45,389 bases of DNA, from NCBI GenBank assembly GCA_965644295.1, contig CBFFRP010000402.1, positions 1 to 45,389 on the forward strand, in the 5' to 3' direction. This document shows, piece after piece, positions 23,748 through 36,527 of this stretch (its first letter is position 1; each line of letters starts with the position of its first letter). The stretch comes from Paraphysomonas bandaiensis. Taxonomy: Eukaryota; Protista; Chrysophyceae. The notes below the pieces were generated by a model that worked only from the letters and a program-made list of their open reading frames with translations, made no database searches and was not told the DNA's origin. Position numbers and translations under genes: made by a program.

Positions 23748-25405
23748 CAGGGCCTGGTAACCGTTAATGGTAATGCCATTATAATTGACGGGAACTGCAC
23801 TACCATTAATGGCTACCCATTAATGACACGTACTGCTATTTATAAAACTGAGTATTTTAAGGTAATGGATAGTATCTCCTCTATACTCCGAAGAAACTCT
23901 AAACAATATTAGACAATAATGTTCATGCAACTCTACAGGTACTTTGTGGCAACTTTGTTCAGTATCTTCTCAATGCTCTCTAGAGTTAGAGAATAGTTTC
24001 CTGAGCAATATGCATAACAACGTACTCATATACTCGAAAACTCTAAAATAATCATTAAAATATGCAATTTTTCCCCAAAGTTGAAAAAATCTATAGTACA
24101 AAACTAAACAAAGATATTATACTCTGTATTACATATAATAAGCAACGATGATGGCCAAAAAGTTGATGGCAGTGTCATTTACAGTCTGAGTCTTCTTCCG
24201 AGTGGTTTCAGAGAATCCTCTCAGTGCTCTGTATCATATTTGTTCGCTGTGCAATGATCGCCTCAAACAAGATATAAAGCGAGGTTACACGACTGGTGTG
24301 AATCATGTAAGCAAGAAGGGCGCCAAACATGCGGAATTTTCTTGACGAGAGGAACTCGAGAGAATTTTGGGAAATAAAAGACTTCACGGTGGCGATTTCT
24401 TGTCTTTTATAAGAAAGAAAGTATCTCCTTACTCCAGATTCTTACTCTAGCTAACTTCGAAAGCTGAAACAATGTTTGACGCAACTTGAAAAATTACAGA
24501 GTGTTACGTTTGCCTTACAAAGAGATGGAACCGATTTGTACCGAGCCCGCCAGTTATTTGATACAGTGCTACAAAAATTTCCAGAGCTGCATCCATACCT
24601 TTCCCTGAATGCAAGCATTGTTTCCACTGCAAATATTGAGAAGGCAGTGGTTAAAATTCAAGGGAACGATAAAAGAGAGTTGACAAGCAATGAGAGAAGA
24701 GCAGTTAGACATCTGCAACTGGATTCATCCGTTGACGTTGGTACACCCGACAGAATAACGAGGACGAGAGTGAAGGAACTGATTTTTCACAGCGTGTTCT
24801 GGACATCGCCGAGGTCACCAAGAGAGCTCGGCTGGGTATAAAGATCTGATTATTACATACATGAGAGAACTACTTTGTTTTTAGCTATCTACGACTTTAG
24901 GCTAGTGGTATCAAAGTTGCTAAAAACTGAGTTTTCTCGGGACTGCTTGTGCATTGCTGCAAGCACCTTGGTGCAACCAAAGCTCGGCTGGGTACCTATG
25001 AGTCCAACTTCCGCTGCTAGCTTCATATTGAAGCACAACCTAATGTTGTTGACAGGCTCTTTACTCGTGCAAAGTTGATAATCACACCTGAACGTAGAAA
25101 CATGAATCTATATCGTTTAGAATCGTTGCTATTCCCAATTACATGTTGTGGGATGCTTATCTTCCATGAAGCCCTGCAAGAAGATCATGATGTGCCAGTA
25201 GAGAGAGAAAAGTAGTTACAATTCGTAGTCTGCTATTTAATGAAAAATTAGTAATTAAGGGAGCACCACACTATCTATTATTATCTACTTTAAGTTAGTA
25301 GGTATTAATGGCCATTATAATTGCCGGGATATTTCTCATTAATGCCATTATAATTGTCGAGAACTGGACTACCATTAATGGTCTATTAATGGTTACCAGG
25401 CCCAG
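23748..25405 (+). mobile_element. hAT-superfamily DNA transposon, internally deleted/degenerate
   Basis: 21-bp TIR CAGGGCCTGGTAACCGTTAAT / ATTAATGGTTACCAGGCCCAG (2 mismatches). 8-bp TSD ATTAATAT at 23740-23747 and 25406-25413. BED-like remnant ICSLC...NHV; LEKLQSVTFALQ; NVVDRLFTRAKLIITPERRNM dimerisation remnant. Confidence 0.92.
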
Positions 25406-26408
25406 ATTAATATATTGCAAATGTCATATTGCTCTAATTTCTTAATGATACTGGTGAATGCGAGGAGTAAAGCTTTTTTAATTATGTTTGTAAAACTAAA
25501 ATATATTGCCTGTACAATATTGTATCAATCGAAGACAAATTGGGTTCAACAGAACGGGCATATTAGCACTGGGCATATATAGATATAGAAATAGATATTC
25601 AACAATATTTAGTTCGAACAAAAACTATCTTCTATCTTGATTACGACATTGACAGTCATACGTATGTAATTTCGTTACATTACACCATTATGGAATATCA
25701 TCAAAATAGGTAATGAAAGATACATTTCGTACTTTATAAAAGGTAATGATTGATTATAATAAACTCCACATGAAGAATAAGGCCCAATACGTAGTATAGT
25801 AGCAAGACACGGTTGAATATAGCATTAGAACCAATCATATATTAGCGTATCTTGTACAGTCGTGTATCTTATACTGTCTGGTAATTATTTAGTCAATTGA
25901 TATTTACTGTATTATCTTGTTGTATGCACGTGTTAAGAGCTATAAAACAGAGACCAAACACTGCAAGTTATACTTCATCCTTTGTCTGATGTAGAAAATC
26001 AAAATGTTGTTAGTGGTAGTGACTTATCTTCATGATCAATGATCAACACTTCGTAACAATAAAATTTTAGCTAGGGATAAGGGGTACCGGCCCTTGTCCA
26101 AATATTTACAACTCAAAGATTTCGCCCAAGTTTCAAAATTTTGAGCGCGGGGGCAATATAGGCCTCCTTATTACTGCGGTTGAATATAGTTCTGACTCTT
26201 AAACGCCTATTATTAGTAATAAGACATTCGCTATGGCTAAATACAATTAGTTATTATGATGAGATAAATGAAAAAGGAGTTTCTGGTCACATGAAAAATA
26301 GTGTAAAAGCCCACATATTATAAAATATTAATAATATTAATACTAAAAAATTTACAACTAGTCGAGAAATGGCACATATGACGTAGGGCCCAAATCAGAA
26401 ATAATTCA

Positions 26409-26837
26409 CTAAAAACGCTGTTTTCGGAATGCTAAATTCCTTTCCCGTAATTCTTCTTCATAAATGTCATCATCGGCAGCAAATAAAGCGGCCATTCTCT
26501 GTTTTCGAACTTGATTAACTTGATCAGTCAAGAGTTTGGTTTGGCGTTGCATAGCTGCGGCCTGGCGCTTTTTCTCGGCAGCGAGTGATTTAATAGGCAG
26601 TTGTGATTCCCAAGCAGCCTGAATGAGATACAACGATGAGGCAGTTAAGTATTGTATCGATATATATACATACCACAGCTAGTGCATCATCTTCATTTTT
26701 CTTTGCTTCCAAAAGCAATCGAATCTACGAATATGCAGTACATGTTTCCAGTGATTAAATGTTTCGATATTGTCGCTTGATGTTACCTTGATGTCCATTT
26801 CACGTAGTTTCGCATTTCTCTGTTCCGGTGACGTCAT
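26409..26837 (-). CDS. Small coiled-coil ciliary protein resembling CFAP141/C1orf189, 3 exons (5' end uncertain)
   Basis: Splices to ~100 aa: MTSPEQRNAKLREMDIK|IRLLLEAKKNEDDALAV|AAWESQ...VRKQRMAALFAADDDIYEEELRERNLAFRKQRF. The C-terminus resembles the C1orf189 pattern VR...L..LF....Y..EL......AF...RF, from recall. Confidence 0.6.
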
Positions 26838-27380
26838 GCCTGTAAATAAAATATGTTTCCACTGATATTGATAATGCGCTCTGGTATAACAGAAGTCAGT
26901 GATGCTACGAGGAAGCAGTGAAGAGAGCTGCTGTGATATATGAGGATGATGGATGCATATCAGCCCAGCAGCTGCTGATCCATCATGCTCATCTACACTG
27001 AAACGGTTATGACATCACCAGCAGCACACATCCACAACGAACAGATAATACAGCTGTAGTCGAGTGTAGTCGGATGGTATCAGAGAATTATCTTGGAATT
27101 AATGTCAACCACACATACACCTTCTTAGTAATACCGTGTATTTTCACATGGCACCAGAATACACACTAGAACATTCGTCTACGTAGGTGCCGTATGAGCG
27201 GCTGTATATGCATGTCTGTGTTGCATATGGATGTACTGCTGCTGCTGTACATATACATGCATCCACCATACTGCTGCTGTGTATGCGTGTGGAGTCTCAT
27301 GAGGACAGCTGCAGCCGCTGTTCCGCTTGCACTGCTATCAACACATCTAATCCATAACACCATCTTCAATCCTCTTAACA

Positions 27381-29204
27381 ATGTCTTCTTATGCTGATGT
27401 CGAGGCTGCTCTCCCCCGCATATTATCCGTGATACCAGATGAATGGCGCGGCACCACATTCAAGAACTCTAATCTGCTGGGTCGAGAGAGGTTTGCTCAG
27501 AACCTGTCTGCCCTCATACAATCCAAGGGAGATACCATCACCACAGAGGATCTTGTTAATCTTGGTAATGCTGAGGACTATCTGCGTGTTAGTTCGAATG
27601 TGTCGAGTGTGTTGGAGTTCGTGTTGGCCTCTGAGATGGGGTTCGATATATCCAGAGTGTTCACTTTTGGATCGACAGTTATGCCAATTGTTGCTGTTGC
27701 ACTGACATCTACTACGACTGTTCATCTGCATGCTGAAGTCAATCCTATTTCACCACAATTGTTGGACACACTCAATCTTCTTGGCTGCAAATTGGTGATC
27801 CATGAGAACGTTGCTGTTGCCCACCCTGGTGATGTTGTTTTGTCAACATCCACGAATGCATTTTCATTAGATTTTGTTGATGGAATTGTTTCACCAAATA
27901 CACTTTATATCAAAAACCCATCTGCTATTGCGCCACCCAAGATCTTGACCATTAGGAAGCGTATGTCCACTCCTATGACCACCCCTGCTGCCGAAGCTTT
28001 GTTGCAGACCATTGCCAAGGTGCCCATCACTGCAGATGCTGTGCTAGTCGATGATGCTCGTGCTTCGGAATTCTATTCTCACCTTCAACAGCTTTCTGGT
28101 GTTGACGTTAACCCCGCATCGTATCCCGTGTGCTTTACTGCTGGTCTGCCTGCTATCTGCTCTTTGTGGATGACCCTCATCGGACATGGGGGGGCCGATA
28201 TCGTCATGGCATCAACATCATATGGTGGCAGCAGCGAACTAACCGACCTTCTACATACCCGCGCAGGACACTTCAACAAGCACACTTTTGATATCACTGG
28301 CCGCAATGACATTGCCACCTCTATCGAGACTGCTCTCAACACTCTGGCTGCTGACCCCTCAGCTCTCATGCCTCGCACCGTGCTTTTCGTGGAGATTCCC
28401 ACGAACCCTGATATGAAGGTTCCTGATATCGCTGTTCTGGCCTCCATTCTGGACAGATACAAGACTGCTACCTCTAGGGATGTCCTGCTTTTGGTTGACA
28501 CCACCTTCGCCCCCCATTCGAGAGTACTGGAGAAAATGCACTCCGTGGCACCGGACCTCACTGCGATGGTTTTTATCAGCATGTCGAAGAGTGTTTCCCG
28601 CGGCCTCACTACTGCTGGTACACTAGTTGCTGGTAACTCAGAGGCCTCGTGTGCGCTTCTTGAAAGAGTGCGTCAGACAGCAACTGCCCTCGATACTACT
28701 GCAAAGCGCGACCAATTGGTAATCCTCTCCAAGGAACACATTGGAGTAGAGGACAGAAATGCGAAGGCTTATCAGGTCGCTGTAGCAGCAGGAGCTGCGT
28801 TACGCGATGCTGTGAAAGAACACTGCGGAGGATTTGACATGGATCTAGCATTTGTAAAACCCGAACACGCCGCCGCTGGTTTTACTTCGATGACTTTCTC
28901 TTTCAATCTTCCTCCTGTGCCAAACGCAGCTCCAGGTGTCAATGAAGGACTTGCTCAACGCTTTGTAGATCTTCTCACAGCGCACGAAGAGTTCAAGCCG
29001 TGCGTTAGCTTTGGCCAGGACAATGGTCTTGTGTATGCAACCGTTCCTGCCACAAGCACTCAAGGAGCCATTAGACTCGAGGACAAGGCCAAGCAAGCCG
29101 TTGGTGGTGTGCAGCTGACTCGCCTGTCATTCCCTCCCACTTGTAATGTGGAAACCGTTTGTAAGATTCTATCTGATTCCGTGAAAGCTTGCTATCAGGT
29201 CTAA
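27381..29204 (+). CDS. Long-form PLP-dependent Cys/Met-metabolism enzyme (cystathionine beta-lyase/gamma-synthase-like), intronless
   Basis: YGGS; VEIPTNPDMKVPD; VDTTFAP; SMSK (PLP lysine); VSFGQ; RLS. About 230 extra residues at the N-terminus. Single 607-aa ORF. Confidence 0.85.
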   Translation: MSSYADVEAALPRILSVIPDEWRGTTFKNSNLLGRERFAQNLSALIQSKGDTITTEDLVNLGNAEDYLRVSSNVSSVLEFVLASEMGFDISRVFTFGSTVMPIVAVALTSTTTVHLHAEVNPISPQLLDTLNLLGCKLVIHENVAVAHPGDVVLSTSTNAFSLDFVDGIVSPNTLYIKNPSAIAPPKILTIRKRMSTPMTTPAAEALLQTIAKVPITADAVLVDDARASEFYSHLQQLSGVDVNPASYPVCFTAGLPAICSLWMTLIGHGGADIVMASTSYGGSSELTDLLHTRAGHFNKHTFDITGRNDIATSIETALNTLAADPSALMPRTVLFVEIPTNPDMKVPDIAVLASILDRYKTATSRDVLLLVDTTFAPHSRVLEKMHSVAPDLTAMVFISMSKSVSRGLTTAGTLVAGNSEASCALLERVRQTATALDTTAKRDQLVILSKEHIGVEDRNAKAYQVAVAAGAALRDAVKEHCGGFDMDLAFVKPEHAAAGFTSMTFSFNLPPVPNAAPGVNEGLAQRFVDLLTAHEEFKPCVSFGQDNGLVYATVPATSTQGAIRLEDKAKQAVGGVQLTRLSFPPTCNVETVCKILSDSVKACYQV

Positions 29205-31271
29205 TACTCTGTTAGACGAAGTACTAGTAGTTGAGTTTCGGTGGCATTGTGTCCAGCGTTTCTTGTCAACTGTTTTGTTGTCACTGTGTTCACTCCTATA
29301 AATGAAAGGCGAATAGTGTCTGGTATAAGAATCATCGATACCATAATACTATAAAGTACTTAATCGAGAACAGCATTTTGTTTACTCTACAAAGAATAGT
29401 CTTTATTATTTGTATTGTAATACTGAATAGTAAAGACTGCTTGATACCCACAGCTATGTCAACTTTTATAAACAAGTATGTAGTTAAGACACAATACTCA
29501 CTGATATAACAATTTCTGCCGTTGGAAACTATAACTTTCTCACTCTATAATTAGAATTCATTTGATCACAAGGCATGTGTGATACACAAATTGAAACATT
29601 TACAAGTTACACGAAACTACTAAAACATCAAAAATGATAATAACGAAATATGAGTTTATAGTGAACGGTATGAGGGACTTTAAGGTATATACATCAGTGT
29701 ATACTCTACTGCAGTGAAGAATATACGTTAGACTGCTTTGTATACAATATACATGTGGTCCATACGTCCATACATAGAACATAGAGCATATATATGGATG
29801 TATCGTTTCCCTGTAGAGTTACGGTATGATGCTTTATGTTTACTAAAACTATATACTATATACTGTTCGAAACTACTAACAACAAACGTAATAGATTAAC
29901 GTAAGAACTCGAAAAGTTGGTATGGGTTATATTTGCTTGAATAATGATGTGTGTTTGGGACACCATGCTGTATAATAAATAATACGGAATATTAATTGAG
30001 TTAATAAAATCAAAAATTGTTTGCTACGGAAAAACGTCCAACCGCTTTAAGATAGAATTACAAGTTACTAAGAATTTTAAAGTATTATTCACCAGAACGC
30101 CCCATGGTGGGTAAATTAGGGAAGAAACCTTTTTTCTAGATGATTTGGATTGCTTGAAGCTCTGAGTATTTGAAGTTCACTAGAATGCACACTATATACA
30201 CTTTAACCGCTACCTTTAACAGGTTGCTGGAATACATAGGTTTACCTGAGATAGAAATGTGTTATTATTTGTTAAATATAATGTGAAAAACGATAAAATA
30301 CTGAAAAGCTATATAAATATGAAAATGAAATATCTTGACGATTAAAGATACAGAAGTTTAGCTGTTGTAACTATTCGAATGCTTAAATTATGTTGTTGAT
30401 GAGCTTAATAGGAAAGGAAACAACTGTGTGTATGATAATACTAATAATCTATATAGTCTTGTGACTTAACTTCTTGTCTTCAACGATCTAAGTGATGAAC
30501 AGAGCAAAAGTCAATTATTTTCTCTACTAAATAGTTGGCTTTTCCAATGGTAGCTATCTTCCAGGTGTTTGAAAGATGTAGTTTTCTCATCAACTCGAAT
30601 TTGTACAGATAAATGATTATAAATTTGAATGGTAAAAAGTAATGAGCAATACATATTGACTTTTAGTCATTTTCACAATTAATATCGTTAAGAGAAGTTT
30701 ATTGTAATCACTAGATAGACTCTTTTTCTAAAATGCATACACAATTGTGTGTTGTCATGTAATACATGTCAACAACATGATAATTTATTTCTTCATGTCA
30801 ACCACTGCTCAACTTCCTTATCTGGAATCGTCATGATACAATACTTCAATTTCACAGTTATAGCTATATAGAATCTTTGACTACGTATTACTGTTTTTCA
30901 CTTTGTATTTAACGTATTCTACAGTTCTATCTTAGAGAACTATTCGTATTCCAATAATACCTATGAATTACTTGGTAGGGAAACAACCAATTCACAAAAC
31001 TGTCGATAATATCAGGATTAGAATTAAAGTACTAATAATAACCCTAATAGGTTTAGGTAGTAGAGATTCAACAAAAACGAATAGGGTAAAACATGTAAAC
31101 CACGAGGATGACATACAATGGTGTAGACTTTCTATATTCAATTTTAATTTGCTCCACATCATTCCACTTGATAACCAAATTGTAACAATTGATCTAATGC
31201 ACTGCTACATTGTCTGCATATTTATAAATACTCAATTTAAACCACAGCACTTGCAATATTCACAACATTCA

Positions 31272-31829
31272 TCAAGCAGCAATAAATTGCCAGCCACAGT
31301 CACAGCCTGGTGGGCAGTTAACATTTCTTTTAAATGAGCCCTTCAAAGCGTTAATTGAGGCAACTGCATCTGCACTTCCTTGTTCAGCAAAAAGTGCCTT
31401 ATAGATGATACTACATAAATCGTTTCGACAGCAAGCCAACCCAGATGCCCAAACCTGAACGTCAACAGACGCCAGTGCATCTGCAAGCTTGGAATCATTA
31501 CCTTTCAAAAACTTAAAACTGCTCCAACATTTAGTGACATGAGGAGCCTCATTTCCAAAGGCTGTGAGCAACTTTATACGCTCATCCTCTCCTGGAGCGG
31601 TGTATATCTCCTTGAACACTTGTATGATTTGACTGATCATAAACACCTTCTTCTTCTTGCCTCTGGGAAACACGTTCTGACATATCCAGCACTGGTTTTG
31701 AATAAGCATATCGTTTATACTCTTCCATGCCTCGGCTGCTTCCTTCTTACTGGTGATGTCATTCGTTCCGTCCCCTAATGAGTGATACTCAGAGACAGGA
31801 CTGCTATCAACCGACTCCTCTGTTGTCAT
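31272..31829 (-). CDS. Hypothetical Cys-rich protein (185 aa)
   Basis: Clean ATG-TGA ORF downstream of a promoter-like TATG tract; CWIC, CCRNDLC and CPPGCDC clusters. Confidence 0.55.
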   Translation of the reverse strand: MTTEESVDSSPVSEYHSLGDGTNDITSKKEAAEAWKSINDMLIQNQCWICQNVFPRGKKKKVFMISQIIQVFKEIYTAPGEDERIKLLTAFGNEAPHVTKCWSSFKFLKGNDSKLADALASVDVQVWASGLACCRNDLCSIIYKALFAEQGSADAVASINALKGSFKRNVNCPPGCDCGWQFIAA

Positions 31830-32268
31830 GCTTTATACAGGACAGCAACAGAACAGTGTTATCTATAGTCCTCTCAACGACCTGATGCAGGCAACGGTGA
31901 TACAGTTCTATCTCCTCTTGCCTCTACCACTCTGCTGGTATCGATACACGCTCCACGACTAGCTACATCTCTATGTATATGTATACGTATGTATACGTAT
32001 ATGTATATGCATGTATATGTATGGACCGCTGCTTCTACTGCTGTATGTAGTACCCATCACTTAAATACTATGTATTATACTGACCAATTGATAAGTAAGA
32101 ATACGAAGATAAGTAATTTGATTGGCTTTAAGTGCATACGTCCACGTATAGTGGATAGAGAATACCATCCATAATACATCCATATAGTAGCAGCACGCAG
32201 CACGTCCACAGACACATACACACACAGCGCACAGCACAGAGAGAGCCCCCTACTCTTGTAATGGTGTA

Positions 32269-33536
32269 ATGACTGAGCCTGAGGGACGCTCATTGTGGTG
32301 GTTTGGAGGCGGGTGTATCTCCCGTTTCCTATGTGTGTGTGTCCCCTGGGACTCCTCTGCGTCTACACTGCAACACCTCTGCAGGGACACTGACGACGTA
32401 TGCTTCATCAGCTATCACTGCAATACAGTCACTGTTGTAGCTGAGGCTTCTCGTTTTAAAGATGTTGATGTGTCTGTGTGCTCAATGAGGGAGTTTGCGT
32501 GTATGGTTATACGGTCAGATGGATATGGTATAGAGCTGATGCGGTTAGCATGTGCGTGTGCTGGCAGAGTAACTGCTGAGTGGTTTATTCACTCTGTTGA
32601 TAGTGCATTTTACTTATTTGTGGATACTAACAATATCAGTTTGTTTGAAATTTGTCTGTCAAATATTGCACCAGCTTCGTCGTTTACTATAGACAATAGC
32701 ACTCTGCAGGTCTGTTCTCCCACAGATTCCCGAACATTGACTATACTCTCTGCACTCTACCGGAACTTTTCTTTAGAATTGCCTAGTGTACTGACTATAC
32801 ACTGTGTTGGTAATCATAATAACATGTTGAGCCGCTACTCTGGAGTTCACTTGTGTTGACAGGTTCGGATGGCACAGAATGTCGAGAATTGTCTTCAGTA
32901 CTCCAGCATTATGCTTTTCTAATTGATTCTCTCGAATCCGTTGGCGTCAGAGAGCTGAACCTGTCGTTTATTGGTCCCCAGATGTTGTGCAGCTTAGAAG
33001 GTGTGGATGAATGTGTTGTCGGCAGAATGATAGTACGTGTATCGGCCCGGTGCGAACTATATCACGAATACATCCTCAGGGAACAACCGTACCTATGTGA
33101 CCAGACATTGCTAAAGTGCCTGATACCTGGTCAGAAGAATACTTGTGTTTGTTGTGGTGAGGAATCGCCTGTCTCTAGTGTTGACCTTTTGGTGTGTTTC
33201 AACGCTGGTATGTGGGGATACGATAGCTGGATACCGACTCTACGCTTGATCTCTGCCATGCGTATCAAACAGATACTTGTCACATCTTACACATTACAAG
33301 AAGCTGAAGACGATTTTGACGCAATACAGGAACACTGCTCTTGCGTAATATCGCCACATGATAGCAAAAGCGACATGTTGACCCGATCCTGCGACCGAAC
33401 AGTTAAAGTGGAATGGAATTTTGAACCAGAAATCAACCCGAGCAGGTCCCGTAGTGCAATGAAGCGCGCATCTTCACCAAATGAAGTCCCATACTATGAT
33501 AACTTTGCGTGGCAGTCATTTGTAATAAAAGTATAG
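32269..33536 (+). CDS. Mss51 C-terminal-domain-like protein (start uncertain), spliced
   Basis: LTIHCVG|SDGTE across intron ~32809-32862; LSFIGP; DLLVCFNAGMWGYDSWIPTL; VTSYTLQEAEDD; INPSRS; DNFAW. Confidence 0.65.
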
Positions 33537-34952
33537 TCCTGTGAAGTATTATCCTGCATTTGTAATGTAAGTCGAATGCAAGTAAATATTAGAGCGTATT
33601 GAGTGATTTATGAACACTTTACTCAATTTCAAATAATCCATACTTTAACTTTCCATATTCTAGACTTTCTAAACTATAAGTTCTGTCTTCTCTATAACTG
33701 CTACGATAGCTACGATTTATAATCCATTAACGGTTTTTAATACTTTAATATTTAATGCAGCATTACAGGGGTCGATAACAATAGATCAATTTAAATGAAA
33801 CAATAACAATCGTTTCATACTTGCTTGAATATATATTACACTTGGATTTTTTTTACTTCATTGTTTCCGTCCGTCATATCAACAGATTTTTGTTTACAGC
33901 AATATAAACAGTAAAATAATCACTCGTTTCTTTAATTGCTTTATCTTCAATGGTAATAATAAATCAATGCCCATTTTAAATCATCTTCTACGAATTTGGT
34001 AATTTAAATGTTTCACTGTGAATTCAATACTATTACTAATATCGTTTATTTGAAATCTGAAATATACACTTACAAATACCTTCTTAAATATATTGAAAGT
34101 GTGTTATTTAGCAATATGCGTTAAAAGCCTGCATCGTTTTAGTTGCTAGATTAATCAGTACCTGTAACTAATCAGTGCAAACTCCATTATCCTACTATTT
34201 AACGCTACAGAAGCTGCTTGTGCGTCGCCGCAAGCACCAAGGTGCAACCACTTCCGCTCTGAGTTCTTAAGGCGAACATCCCGGATGCTTGACTTCAGCA
34301 GGCAGCCCAATACCCCGGTTACCCTTCAGGTGGGCCCTGTCCCGGATGCCTTTGTGGTGGACCCTGTCCCTTATGCCTGTCAGGGCCCAAAGACGTCTAC
34401 ACAAGTGACACTTATTGGTGTCCCTTGTACCAAACAAGCATTCGGCTATGAGTGGGCAGAATATTATCTGCTGACTATGCTTGCGGCTCACGGTAGTTTC
34501 CCAGAGAGAATCTCTCCGGTACTTATCCCCCAGAAAACCACGAAAAGGCGCGAGTCCGACTTTGTTGAGGGTCTCAGTAAATATATCAATGTTCTCTCGA
34601 ATTGAACTTGAAGGGTTAAGTTCTTAATTGTACTTCTTAACTTGATTTAATACTTTTACAGAGTGACAGAGTGGAATGAGAGATTAAAAGAAAAGTTCTC
34701 TGTCGTCGTCTTGTGTGTCTGTACAATTGCGAAAAGTAATATCTGACTAAGTATTGTATGAAAAGTTAGGAAAACGTTGTTTGAAATAAATTCATGATAT
34801 TAAGAAAATGGTTCATAGAAACTGAGTAAAAACAGTCTATCAAAACTTAGGTATCATATACCTTTTATCAATCATTTCAACTTTGTTGGCCCATTGTAAC
34901 AAGTAGTCTGGGGCGTATTTCAACACGCTGATAATTAGTATTAGATATATAA

Positions 34953-36239
34953 CTAAGAGAGCATATCAATCTCAGTTTCTTGCTCTTTCTTCGAGGATTC
35001 GGCCTTAAGAGCCTTCATGGGCATCTTGTCGCATTGCGTGCGCAGCTGTTTCATCAAACGCGACAGTTCTGGCAAAGAAAACTCCGTTAGCACCACTTCC
35101 TGCCACGTTTGAACACTCCTTGATGCAGTCCCATCAGAGTTCTTAAATGGGGTCGGATTCAAGATAACTCGTACGACGGGGTCACCGGACCCGTCCCCAT
35201 CAGGAGATGAGTCCCACAGCTCGAACAGGATATAGGCTGAGAAGCTCATGGCGACGCGAAATTCTTTCACAACACCCAACACACACAGAGTACCCAACAG
35301 AGTATAGTCATGCCCGGAGAATATATTCACGGAGTGCTCTAGGCTAAGTGCGTGCTGCAAGATGATACTATTAGACACAACTCAATAGACAGTAAACTAA
35401 ATAAACCTCTAGAATATCGACCGCCATCCTTCCACCCATTTCCTCTGTAAAACCACTGTGCAGAAACCGCTGTTCCCATACCCATAGTGCCAGTTCCGTC
35501 ACACGGCGCTCATGCTCAGGCGGAAATATTTTAGATAGTTCTCGGCGTTCCTCTTCCTCTTCTGGCCAGTAAAGCTCACATTCTCGTGCTGCATGGAGGT
35601 AAGTCGTCGCCCACAATGCTTTCTGGAGTTTGCCAAGAATAGATTCATTCGCTCCAACAGTACGAAAAACATCTATGAGAAAGTCTTTGTTTTCCTCAGT
35701 TTTAGCTTGCCAGCTCTCGTCAGTGTTCTGTCTGTTTTTTATAATATCCGCTTTATCTTTAAACACCTTCCACGGCCGGAAATAATTATCCGCGTCCACG
35801 GAATAGAAAGAAGGGTCAGGGCCAACAACCTGCGCGCATAATGACGTAAGTGGCACACATCATAATTTGTTACCTCGGCTCCCATCGCTCTATTGAACCC
35901 TACTATAAAGTCATCACCACTCTCCTTGGCTCTGTCAGACTTGCTACATCTCCAGAATATGCGACAAGGCTCTGCATCCACAGCACCTGATCGAATATAG
36001 CGATCAACATACCACTCCCCCAACACTTCGCACTGCATGTGTCCGACAGAGCTGAGGTTCTCCTTCTCATGCTCCTTCCACTGAGATTTAACAGGATGAT
36101 CATCCGACCAAGGGGTCAACTCGGATGCTGTTACACAATATATAAATATATATACATATACAGGGGGGGGTGCAGTCTCACCTCCTGGACCTCTTGAGCC
36201 ATGCCGGTGCAGGATAGATACGGACAGTAATCTTGGCAT
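34953..36239 (-). CDS. Histidine acid phosphatase (branch 2), 4 exons
   Basis: LHRHGSRGP catalytic motif; LSSVGHMQC..LG; SDRAKESG; FSGHD proton-donor motif. Confidence 0.9.
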
Positions 36240-36527
36240 ACGCGATGGATAGATCCTGTAATGTCAATACAACAGGGAATAATCCTACTCTGAAGGGAAC
36301 TGGAATAATTTATGCTGACCAGTGGAAGATACTTATCGCTATATGTATGTGGGGGGTGAACATCCACATACACATACATACACATACATACATATCTAGA
36401 TATGTACAGCAGTACATACAGTACATGTACTCTGTACATATGATACCATCCCACCACATCCATAACGTACATCTCCCGCTGTAGCAGCAGTAGGATAGAT
36501 ATGCATATACATATGCATTGCATAGTA

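Noticed and set aside
26078-26170. Possible PIF/Harbinger MITE (TAA GGGGTACC ... GGCCTCC TTA)
   Set aside because: TIR match too poor and TSD inconsistent
29250-31250. Long AT-rich intergenic region, including ORF 30963-31337
   Set aside because: No TIR/TSD, repeat or coding signature that I could support
34160-34660. GC-richer island with ORF 34285-34605 and TGTAAC...TTTACA ends (solo LTR?)
   Set aside because: No TSD, non-ATG start, no recognisable domain
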